DNA from: Clostridia bacterium
GTDB lineage: Bacteria; Bacillota; Clostridia; Christensenellales; UBA1242
Assembly: GCA_045648025.1 (NCBI GenBank)
Contig: JAZRNH010000059.1
Span: 13,242 to 77,241 of the forward strand
Reading direction: 5' to 3'
Length of the DNA stretch: 64,000 bases
The notes below the pieces were generated by a model, which worked only from the letters and a program-made list of their open reading frames with translations, was not told where the DNA came from and did not search any database. A program made the position numbers and the translations under genes. Shown here piece after piece: positions 8,539 through 16,660 of this stretch (positions within the stretch are counted from its first letter, which is position 1; the number at the start of each line of letters is the position of its first letter).

Positions 8539-9743
8539 TTATTCTCCTCCACAAAGTCAACAAATTGTTTAAAGACATTATAAATAACATCAACATTAAC
8601 AGCATTTCCAAATTGTTTATAAGCCAATCTCATGTTGTTATCAATTTTAAAATCCTGTGAGAAACTTTGTAAATTTGCTGTTTCTCTTGGTGTTAAATAT
8701 CTTTTATATTTGCCAACAATAGGAACATGCACCATAGCAACAAGCGCAGGAAATTCTGTTGGTTGTTTTACTCTAACACCAGATGGTCTAAACTGAATAA
8801 TTCCATCAAAAACAGAGTCTATCATTCCATTAACTTGCCACTCAAATTTTCTGTGCGTCTTTTTGATATCTTTTAATTGATTGTTAGCAGTATACCATTT
8901 GTCAATAAATTCTTTATTTTCTTCATACAATTCTTTGTTCTTTTGAACAAATTCTTTTTTCCATTGAGGAAATTTAGAAGTATCAGTCTTTTTATAAAAT
9001 TCATCGCTCCAAATTGGGAACCCAATAATTTTTCTTTTTATACCTTTTATAAAATCATCCCAAAGTTTTAAAACTCTTTCCTCATAATCTGTAATCTTAA
9101 ATGATTGCAATTTATATTCTTTTGTATTCTTTGTCATTAATACGCTGTCAATAGAACAAGTATTTTTTTGTCTTGGCGGAATTGAAATTTTAATCTCTTT
9201 ATTAAAATAATCATTTTTTACTGCCACAATTACAGCTCTTTCTCTTAACTGTGGAACCCCTAGATAATGAGGACTTACAATCATTGGATTTTCAATAACA
9301 TTATAACCCAAATTTTTAAGTTCCTGCCTTATTCGTATCCAAGTATTTCCCTTGTCGTGAGAAACCAAATTTCTAACATTTTCAAGAATTACATATCTAG
9401 GACTACCATACATAAGATTATGGTATTGTAATATTCTTACAATATCAAAAAACAAGACACCTCTAGCATCTTGGAAACCTTTTCTTTGTCCCGCTTTTGA
9501 AAATGATTGACATGGGAATCCAGCACAAAGAACGTCAAATTCAGGGATATCCTCTGGGTTAACCTTTGTAATATCACTATAAGCTTCAATATTATAATTA
9601 TTTTTATAAGTTTCAGCTGTTTCTTTATTTATTTCTGAGGCATATACGCATTTGCCACCCAATCTTTCCATTGCTTGGTGAAAACCACCAATACCAGCAA
9701 ATAAATCTATAAATTTAAATCCATTATCAAAAAAACTATTCAT
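8535..9743 (-). CDS. dcm: DNA (cytosine-5)-methyltransferase
   Basis: Motif I FIDLFAGIGGF, motif IV GFPCQSFS, motif VI ENVRNL, motif X QFGNAV. Confidence 0.92.
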   Translation of the reverse strand: MNSFFDNGFKFIDLFAGIGGFHQAMERLGGKCVYASEINKETAETYKNNYNIEAYSDITKVNPEDIPEFDVLCAGFPCQSFSKAGQRKGFQDARGVLFFDIVRILQYHNLMYGSPRYVILENVRNLVSHDKGNTWIRIRQELKNLGYNVIENPMIVSPHYLGVPQLRERAVIVAVKNDYFNKEIKISIPPRQKNTCSIDSVLMTKNTKEYKLQSFKITDYEERVLKLWDDFIKGIKRKIIGFPIWSDEFYKKTDTSKFPQWKKEFVQKNKELYEENKEFIDKWYTANNQLKDIKKTHRKFEWQVNGMIDSVFDGIIQFRPSGVRVKQPTEFPALVAMVHVPIVGKYKRYLTPRETANLQSFSQDFKIDNNMRLAYKQFGNAVNVDVIYNVFKQFVDFVEENK

Positions 9744-9746
9744 TTG

Positions 9747-10310
9747 TTATTCTGCCTTATTATTATCTATATAATTATCTAAAAATGTTTCAAAATATTC
9801 TGGTCTGAACACCCATATCTTTTGATCAGAACATGTCGTTTGCTCAAATCCTTTTTTATATCCATCTTGCAAATCTTTCACTTCCACATAGCAAGATCTA
9901 TTCGTATTATGACTTATATAACGATATGCATTCCACGCAACCATAATTGGATTATTGTCAAAGTTATAATAACCAAGGATTACTAAAACCTCAGTGTCTG
10001 TTGTATCAATGTAATTGTCAATATTGTCTTTTCTAATATTTGTTACTTGCACTCTTCTAATATGTGGCTTACCTGCCCAACCAGCACCAGTAATATTTTT
10101 TAAATATGTAACTATTCTATACCTTTTATTATTTTTTTCCAAAACAAACTCATAAGGAACACGTTTCGTATTAACTCTTTCTTTAATAACAAAACCATTT
10201 ACAGAAACAAATTCTTCAAATTTCTGTAATAATTCCCCTTTTTCATAGACTTTTTCAGGCTTATCGTAAACTAAATTATTTGCTTTATCAATATTGATAT
10301 ATTGAACCAT
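9747..10310 (-). CDS. hypothetical protein, first gene of the Dcm/GHKL/Z1 operon
   Basis: 187-aa ORF with RBS AAGGAGAA; its stop lies 3 nt before the dcm start. Conserved-looking patch NITGAGWAGKPHIRRVQV. Possibly a methylase-associated DNA-binding or nuclease component, but not recognised with certainty. Confidence 0.6.
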   Translation of the reverse strand: MVQYINIDKANNLVYDKPEKVYEKGELLQKFEEFVSVNGFVIKERVNTKRVPYEFVLEKNNKRYRIVTYLKNITGAGWAGKPHIRRVQVTNIRKDNIDNYIDTTDTEVLVILGYYNFDNNPIMVAWNAYRYISHNTNRSCYVEVKDLQDGYKKGFEQTTCSDQKIWVFRPEYFETFLDNYIDNNKAE

Positions 10311-10350
10311 CTTGCTTTTTCTCCTTAGTTAAGCATAAATTTCCAACTAC

Positions 10351-10359
10351 ATTATAACA
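10351..10359 (-). promoter_or_regulatory. extended -10 element (TGTTATAAT) for the six-gene operon
   Basis: The minus strand reads TGTTATAAT about 40 nt upstream of the 10310 start. The -35 is poor. Confidence 0.35.
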
Positions 10360-10476
10360 TACTTTTCTGATTTTTGTATAAAATTACAAAATAAATATAA
10401 TTTATTTTTAGAAAATACTTGCAATTATCACTTTAAAGAGTTAAAACACACACCAACTATTTAATGTGAGGTGTTT

Positions 10477-10713
10477 ATGGATAACAAAATTTTAGCAGAA
10501 ATGATCAAAGAAAAATACTATGAAGAAAAGATGACTGCAGATTACAAACTTCAACTCAATAAAGTTGTTGAAATGGAAGACAAATTTCTAAAAGACTTTT
10601 CAAAAAACAAATGGAAAGAATATTTATATTTAGACATAGAAAAAGGTCAACTCCATTCACTTGAAGTTGACCAAATTATTGAGTTTGTTATTAAATTTTT
10701 ACTTAATCCTTAA
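10477..10713 (+). CDS. small hypothetical protein (78 aa), the only plus-strand gene in the island
   Basis: The ORF-track start is GTG at 10471. An ATG at 10477 follows GAGGTG. The protein is helical and charged, with no HTH motif recognised. Confidence 0.5.
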   Translation: MDNKILAEMIKEKYYEEKMTADYKLQLNKVVEMEDKFLKDFSKNKWKEYLYLDIEKGQLHSLEVDQIIEFVIKFLLNP

Positions 10714-10738
10714 TTATAAATATTTAATGAACAAAATA

Positions 10739-11920
10739 TTAAAACTTGAATTTCTTTTTGTAATCATTTTCTAGAGCGATACAAGCGCTATAATTAAAAT
10801 ATTCTCCCTGCTTATTAAAATTTTGTTTTATCTCTTCAGAATCATTAAATCTATTCATAAATTTTAATAAAGATATCAAACAAATAAAATCATCAGCAAA
10901 AATTCCCGCAAAAGTCTTATTCCAAGAAGTATTTAAATCGCAAACAATATATTTTAATTTTTTATACAAATTAAGTTGACTATCTGTCAAATTAAACCAC
11001 TCGGAAGATAATAATGTCTTTTTTATATTATTTGTATCTATTGGATGCATTGATTTGTTTATTGACTTCAATAATTTGCTTATAAAACCAGCAAACATAT
11101 CTGCCACACGAATCCCAAAGCATAGCTTAGAATCTTCGTCTGATACATTTTTTATTCCTACATTTTTAGCGGACATAACAGTTTTTTGAGAATCTCCCTC
11201 TCTATCAATAATAAGACTATAATTATCAATCGAATTTTCTTCTAAAAAATGTTTAAAGCCGACAAATGGGGGATCATAATTCCAATTTAATGTATTAATA
11301 TTTTCAATATCATCAAGCAAAAACAATATTTGCCTAAAAGACTCATTTTCTCTTTCTTTTAACACTAGATTAACTTGATTTTTCTTCATTCTTTCAATAA
11401 AAAATTTTCTTAAAGATCCTATTATATTGTCAGGTTTGTTATATATGCTATCAATAACATTTTGTGGTTTATAAATAACTAACGCTTTAACTATTGAGTA
11501 TTTCATTGAATTGATATCTACAAACAAATTACTTTTATAATTTTTAAACAGCTGATTAATTATAAATTCTATTTTGCTAAACGTTGAAACATAAATAAAT
11601 ATATCTTCTGATAAAAAATCTAAAAAGTCATTTATAAAACCTATATTGAATTTTGAAATTGAACGAAATCCATTGATAAAATAGTTGCTTTTAAAAGAAT
11701 GACTTTTTAATTCTCCTTCTTGTTGTCTTTCTATGTATTTCATTTCAAAATCTTTATATTTTTTACAAATAGAATCTTCTTTATCAGATTTCCACCCAAC
11801 AATTACTGTAATAAAATTATCATAAAAATTATCAGCCGTTATTGTGTCATACCCTATTTGTCTACTATGCTCTGACTCATCATAATAAAATTTATATTTA
11901 AAATCCGTTTTTGTTATCAT
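10739..11920 (-). CDS. DUF3800-like protein
   Basis: N-terminal FYYDESEHS and C-terminal IRVADMFAGFI resemble the two conserved DUF3800 motifs (from memory). RBS GAGGAG. The gene starts 15 nt after the upstream stop. Confidence 0.45.
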   Translation of the reverse strand: MITKTDFKYKFYYDESEHSRQIGYDTITADNFYDNFITVIVGWKSDKEDSICKKYKDFEMKYIERQQEGELKSHSFKSNYFINGFRSISKFNIGFINDFLDFLSEDIFIYVSTFSKIEFIINQLFKNYKSNLFVDINSMKYSIVKALVIYKPQNVIDSIYNKPDNIIGSLRKFFIERMKKNQVNLVLKERENESFRQILFLLDDIENINTLNWNYDPPFVGFKHFLEENSIDNYSLIIDREGDSQKTVMSAKNVGIKNVSDEDSKLCFGIRVADMFAGFISKLLKSINKSMHPIDTNNIKKTLLSSEWFNLTDSQLNLYKKLKYIVCDLNTSWNKTFAGIFADDFICLISLLKFMNRFNDSEEIKQNFNKQGEYFNYSACIALENDYKKKFKF

Positions 11921-11935
11921 AATCTCCTCTAATAA

Positions 11936-12559
11936 TCATCCTTGTTCTTCATTTATTTCTTCATTATTAGAAAAATTAAGTATTAAATGAAATACTTTAA
12001 ATTTGTTTTCATTGTTATCAATTTCTTCCGATTCAGCAATAAAATTAAACTTATATTCCATCGATAAATTATTAAAATTAAATTTATCATTTAATCTATT
12101 AAATAATTTACAACTATCACCACTTTCAACAAAAGATATCATTCCCGCACAATCATAAGGAATTGGATATTTGCCAGAAATAAATCTGTTCAAACCATTT
12201 TGAACATATTCAGCATTAATATGAGATGCACAAATTTCATTTTTTAGAAATCGTTTACACTCAAATGTAATACCCTCATCTGTCATAGAATCAATAAAAA
12301 CAGTAATATCTGTTCTCCCCAAAGTCATCCCTGTTTCTTCATCAAAAGGCTCTAATTGAGATATGACATGATCAAAGTTAAACTTTTTCTTATGATTACG
12401 AATTTCTTTAATTAACAGATTTCTTCTTTGATCTTCTAACAAAATTTCATCTTGTGCATTTATGGACATTTTCTTATAAGAATATATAATTAAGTTAATA
12501 AAATTTTCCAATAAATTTATTTTTATATCATTTACTAATTCAAAATTAATATTATTCAT
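11936..12559 (-). CDS. small PD-(D/E)XK nuclease-like protein (candidate restriction endonuclease)
   Basis: GRTDITVFIDSMTDEGITFECKRF gives D...ExK. The start overlaps the MTase stop by 8 nt, and RBS GGGAGG lies inside the MTase 3' end. Confidence 0.55.
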   Translation of the reverse strand: MNNINFELVNDIKINLLENFINLIIYSYKKMSINAQDEILLEDQRRNLLIKEIRNHKKKFNFDHVISQLEPFDEETGMTLGRTDITVFIDSMTDEGITFECKRFLKNEICASHINAEYVQNGLNRFISGKYPIPYDCAGMISFVESGDSCKLFNRLNDKFNFNNLSMEYKFNFIAESEEIDNNENKFKVFHLILNFSNNEEINEEQG

Positions 12560-15482
12560 TATTTCCTCCCATTAGAAGGATTTTTTCAATTTTGGAAAAA
12601 TCAAGATAAGCAACTGCCTCTTGCCAATTTTCTTCTTTTTTATTTTTTATAATAAATACACCATCTGTAAAAGTTCCGATAAAATTTTTTCTAAGAGCGA
12701 TATTATTAAATAATTGATTTATTGAAGACATTTCGTATGTTTTTAAAATTAATTCAAGTAAACGTTGTAAATCTGTTTTATTTTCTTTTTGTGAAAACTC
12801 AAAAAGTATTATCTTGAAAAATTTGCCTTCATAATAATTAACATACACATTATATTTCTTTGGAATTAACTGTTTTATTAATTTTTTAAGAGTTTTGTTG
12901 TAAACATTTGTTGAATCAACAATCTCATCCATATTTTTTTCTTTTAAACAATATTTCAATGAATATTTGATAATAGCTATATCTTTATCATCCAACCCAT
13001 ACAATTTATAAACTTCTTTATTTAAAGATTCTAACAACGATATATAATTGCATGTATCTCCAGAATGTTCATATAAAAAACTAATTTGTTTTTCATTTAT
13101 GTTTTTTATTTGTAAAGCATCAAATTTTATTAATTCTTTATGTATTTTTTTAACAATACTAATCAAATTTAAAAATGAGTTTTTAGTATATACAGGTAAG
13201 GGAAAATCTTTTATACTATCCATCCTAATTTCCGGTTGTGATGTTTTATTGTAAGATGGAGCCATATGAAATTGGTAATAATTATAAATATCTGAATTTA
13301 AAATAGCTTCCAAAAACAATAACTCATCTATTCTTTCTTCATTTGTAAATATTGAATAAAAATCATTTCTAAAGAATATTTGATTATTAATAAATGCACA
13401 CTCTGGTCTTTTATCTCTAATAGACCTTTTAATTAATAATTTGTATTTGCAAAAATATTGCTCTATATTATGCAATCTTTCAAATCTGTAAACTGTATTG
13501 TTAGTTAAATTATCATAATCAATCTTGAATCTTGAAAAACGACTAGACTCGCAATGTTTTAAATCTAAAAACTCTTTATTTTCTTTGTCCCCAGCTGAAT
13601 ATCCCTGAGATATCTTAAGATTATGTTTTAGAATATATTTATCTATCGTAAAACCATTTTCTCTTATTAAATTTATTAGCTCAAAGTCTAATTTATTTCC
13701 TTCATGCAATATAGACCATATATAATCATACTTTTTCATTACCTTTGAACTAATTTGTTGAGCATTTGATTTATCAAATGCAATTTTATTTTGCAATACA
13801 TCTATAAAATCTTTTTCTATATTAATATAATCACATAAAGACTCATTTTTGCTTTTTAAAACGTAAGTTATAACGGAACAAGGGTATTTTGCATTTTGGA
13901 AAAGACTTGCTCTAAGTCGTTGTAAATTCATAATTTCAACTATTGAAAAATGCTTAAACATTTCTTTCCTAAATCTATTAGCTAATGAATTATATAAAAT
14001 TCCATTCGAAATTAATATTGAAGCTACACCATCTTCTAATAAAAAATCCTTAGTTCTCAATATAAATGATTGACATAATTGCGAATCTGAAATTACATCC
14101 TTATGATTTACATCTAGATATTTTTTACAATCTTCAGTCAAGATGCTTGACCAAGGCGGATTACCAATAATTAAATCAAATTTTTGATCAAAAACAAGTT
14201 TTTCACTAAAAAAATCTTTACAATTTAAATTATTATTCAAATCAGGTAAATATATTTCATTTTCCTCTATATCTTTAGGATTAAAACAATCTAAAAGTGC
14301 AATATATAGACTTATTCTTGTAATTTTTAATGCCTGTGCATTAATATCTACACCGAAAATACTTTCCTTCAAAATAGAGATTAACTTCGCATGACTTCTG
14401 CATGTTTGTAATGACACCAATTTTTTAAAACATGATACCAAAAATACTCCCGAGCCACAAGAAGGATCAAGAATTCGATATGATTTTTTTAAAATTCTGC
14501 TTTGAATGTTTTCTATCATTGCATTTGCTAAAAAATATGGAGTATAGAAGGCTCCGTTATTTTTCTTAGCAACAATATCCTCCTCAGATAAAAATAATTC
14601 ATAAATATTACTTATAAGTTCTATTGGTATTATACTGAAATCATATCCATACAAACATAATTGCCCTGTATTTAGTTCCGTTCCATTTAGAAAATCAATT
14701 ATAATATCTGCTTCATATTTTTCTAATAATGAAGAATTATTATAAAAAATATTTCCTTTAAACTTATTTTCTAAATACATTAAAAATTCATTAAGGTTTT
14801 TAGAAACTAATATTTCCTTATAATCTTTCACTCCAAACTTATTATAAGTTTTTTCTGTTAAAATTTTTCTGTCTTCTAAATATTTTATAAAAATAGATTT
14901 AGATAAGATATCATGCGCATTATCAAAAGAGGTTCCTTTTTCACACAAAAGTCTAAGAGCTGCTTTTATATTTATTAAAAGTTTTTGATCAACCCTATCG
15001 GAACTTTTTACTATTTTTTCGCAAGCTTCGATAAATTTACCATTAATTAAATTTTCATATTTTAATAAGATAAAATCTAACTTCCCTCTTTTTTCTAGAG
15101 AATTTAAAAATTTAAACCCATCCTTAATGCTAAAATTGTTATTTAAAATAACATCTGTTGGAGTTATGAACAACGATATTGGTATGTTATTTCTATTCCA
15201 AAGTATTCCTCTCAACTGCCTAATTTCATTCGGATCATTTCTTTTAAAACATTTTATTCCCAATATTGCAGTTTTTTCTATATCACCAACTCTTGCAATT
15301 TTAACAACAAAATCAAATATATCATCAGAAACAAGTTCTATTTCCTCTTTATTCTTTAGGTCCAATATTTCTAATAATGTATTTAGTTGATCTTCTATTT
15401 TCAAACTTAATATATTTTTTAATTTATCTCTTAAATATTTTTCATCTTCAATAAAATAAGATTCTTTCATATTTTTTTCCAT
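12552..15482 (-). CDS. gamma-class N6-adenine DNA methyltransferase with large N- and C-terminal extensions (Eco57I/PglX-like layout)
   Basis: Motif X GAFYTPYFLA, motif I ILDPSCGSGVFLV and motif IV IIGNPPWSS, in the order X-I-IV. 976 aa. No clear nuclease motif in the N-terminal ~300 aa. Confidence 0.85.
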   Translation of the reverse strand: MEKNMKESYFIEDEKYLRDKLKNILSLKIEDQLNTLLEILDLKNKEEIELVSDDIFDFVVKIARVGDIEKTAILGIKCFKRNDPNEIRQLRGILWNRNNIPISLFITPTDVILNNNFSIKDGFKFLNSLEKRGKLDFILLKYENLINGKFIEACEKIVKSSDRVDQKLLINIKAALRLLCEKGTSFDNAHDILSKSIFIKYLEDRKILTEKTYNKFGVKDYKEILVSKNLNEFLMYLENKFKGNIFYNNSSLLEKYEADIIIDFLNGTELNTGQLCLYGYDFSIIPIELISNIYELFLSEEDIVAKKNNGAFYTPYFLANAMIENIQSRILKKSYRILDPSCGSGVFLVSCFKKLVSLQTCRSHAKLISILKESIFGVDINAQALKITRISLYIALLDCFNPKDIEENEIYLPDLNNNLNCKDFFSEKLVFDQKFDLIIGNPPWSSILTEDCKKYLDVNHKDVISDSQLCQSFILRTKDFLLEDGVASILISNGILYNSLANRFRKEMFKHFSIVEIMNLQRLRASLFQNAKYPCSVITYVLKSKNESLCDYINIEKDFIDVLQNKIAFDKSNAQQISSKVMKKYDYIWSILHEGNKLDFELINLIRENGFTIDKYILKHNLKISQGYSAGDKENKEFLDLKHCESSRFSRFKIDYDNLTNNTVYRFERLHNIEQYFCKYKLLIKRSIRDKRPECAFINNQIFFRNDFYSIFTNEERIDELLFLEAILNSDIYNYYQFHMAPSYNKTSQPEIRMDSIKDFPLPVYTKNSFLNLISIVKKIHKELIKFDALQIKNINEKQISFLYEHSGDTCNYISLLESLNKEVYKLYGLDDKDIAIIKYSLKYCLKEKNMDEIVDSTNVYNKTLKKLIKQLIPKKYNVYVNYYEGKFFKIILFEFSQKENKTDLQRLLELILKTYEMSSINQLFNNIALRKNFIGTFTDGVFIIKNKKEENWQEAVAYLDFSKIEKILLMGGNNE

Positions 15483-15509
15483 ATAATATTCCCTTATGTT
15501 TTAAAATCA

Positions 15510-16559
15510 CTATTCTGTTCTAGTATAATAAGTCAACTTGCGTTCTCCGTGTTTTTCAATTAGATTATGGTCTAACAATTCTTTTAAGCATCTTTCAATT
15601 GTTGTTTCTGATAGTGTAGGACACAATGCAACGATATCTGCTTTTGTAAATTTGCCAATTTTTGTTTTAATGATATCTTGGACTTGAGTTAATGCTTTTG
15701 ATTTCTGTTCAAGCAAAATATTTGCTCTTGTTTCAAAGTCTCTATATGCCTTCAAAATTACTGACAACATATATTTGATAAACTCAGTTGGATTATTTGT
15801 GTTGTCTGACCAATTTGTTGAACTATATTGCAAAGCATCATAATATCTGCCTTTGGTTTCTTCAATAATTTTTTCAATAGAAATAAACTTTCCAACATTA
15901 TATTCTTGCTTGTATAGAAGAAGTAAAGTCAAAAGTCTGCTCATTCTACCATTTCCATCATTGAATGGGTGAATGCACAAGAAATCTAAAATAAAGATAG
16001 GAATTAAAATTAGTGGGTCAACATCATCTTTGCTGACTGCAATATTAAACTCTTCACAAAGCCTGTCAATAGCATTAGGAGTTTCGTATGGTTCTAAAGG
16101 TTGAAATCTTACAAAAGAACTTCCATCAGATCTTGTTTCTGAAATATAGTTTTGAACATTCTTAAACTTTCCGCCAATAGGTTTTTCAGAAAACTTATAT
16201 AGGTCTCCATGAAGTTGCAAAATATAAGAACTTTTTACTGGAATAAACTCATAGTTTTCGTGAATTGTATTAAGAACATCTCTATAACCAAGAATTTCTT
16301 TTTCACCTCTATCCTTTGGTGTTGTTTTATTTTCACAAATTTGTTTAATTCTTGTGGCCGTGGTAACAATACCTTCAATCTTGTTTGAAGCTTCAGTGCT
16401 TTGAATTTTAGCAATTTCAACAAGTTTATTTATCTTTGCTTTGTTTTTAATCTCAATATTATATAACTTGCCTTTAAACTCATGTATTTGTGAAATATAT
16501 CCTAAAATCTCGTTGTCCCAAGAAACATCCTTATATTGTGAATAATTAAAAATTCGCAT
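15510..16559 (-). CDS. class II Fic-domain protein with C-terminal winged-helix
   Basis: Fic motif HPFNDGNGRMSRLL. An inhibitory-helix motif SNKIEG ([ST]xxxE[GN]) lies N-terminal to it. C-terminal TIERCLKELLDHNLIEKHG is wHTH-like. Strong RBS AAGGAG. Confidence 0.88.
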   Translation of the reverse strand: MRIFNYSQYKDVSWDNEILGYISQIHEFKGKLYNIEIKNKAKINKLVEIAKIQSTEASNKIEGIVTTATRIKQICENKTTPKDRGEKEILGYRDVLNTIHENYEFIPVKSSYILQLHGDLYKFSEKPIGGKFKNVQNYISETRSDGSSFVRFQPLEPYETPNAIDRLCEEFNIAVSKDDVDPLILIPIFILDFLCIHPFNDGNGRMSRLLTLLLLYKQEYNVGKFISIEKIIEETKGRYYDALQYSSTNWSDNTNNPTEFIKYMLSVILKAYRDFETRANILLEQKSKALTQVQDIIKTKIGKFTKADIVALCPTLSETTIERCLKELLDHNLIEKHGERKLTYYTRTE

Positions 16560-16571
16560 ATTTCATCTCCT

Positions 16572-16658
16572 TTATTGCACCATTTTATCACACTTGATGC
16601 AATAAATCAAGTTTATGTGACACTTTTATTGCATCATTTTTAATATTTTGATGCAATA
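16572..16658. promoter_or_regulatory. fic-operon promoter with two inverted-repeat operator units
   Basis: Half-sites TTATTGCA(C/T)CA occur at 16572-16582 and 16626-16636. Their inverted copies TTGATGCAATA occur at 16594-16605 and 16648-16658, so the unit is duplicated at a 54-bp offset. The minus-strand promoter is TTGATT (16605-16610), 17 bp, TAAAAT (16582-16587) with TG; unit 1 overlaps it. Confidence 0.55.
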
Positions 16659-16660
16659 CT

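Larger units (their letters stand above)
186..16660 (-). mobile_element. tRNA-Ser-adjacent AT-shifted genomic (defence-type) island; no recombinase gene found
   Basis: It starts 2 nt after the tRNA CCA. All large ORFs are on the minus strand and are nuclease, methylase, ATPase or Fic types. Base composition is visibly more AT-rich than 24-64 kb (judged by eye, not computed). The right boundary is approximate. Confidence 0.5.

Noticed and set aside
12552-15482. Considered calling the 976-aa MTase a BREX PglX or a Type I HsdM
   Set aside because: No PglZ, BrxC or BrxL genes and no HsdS or HsdR genes occur anywhere in the window. The immediate partner is a small PD-(D/E)XK protein instead.
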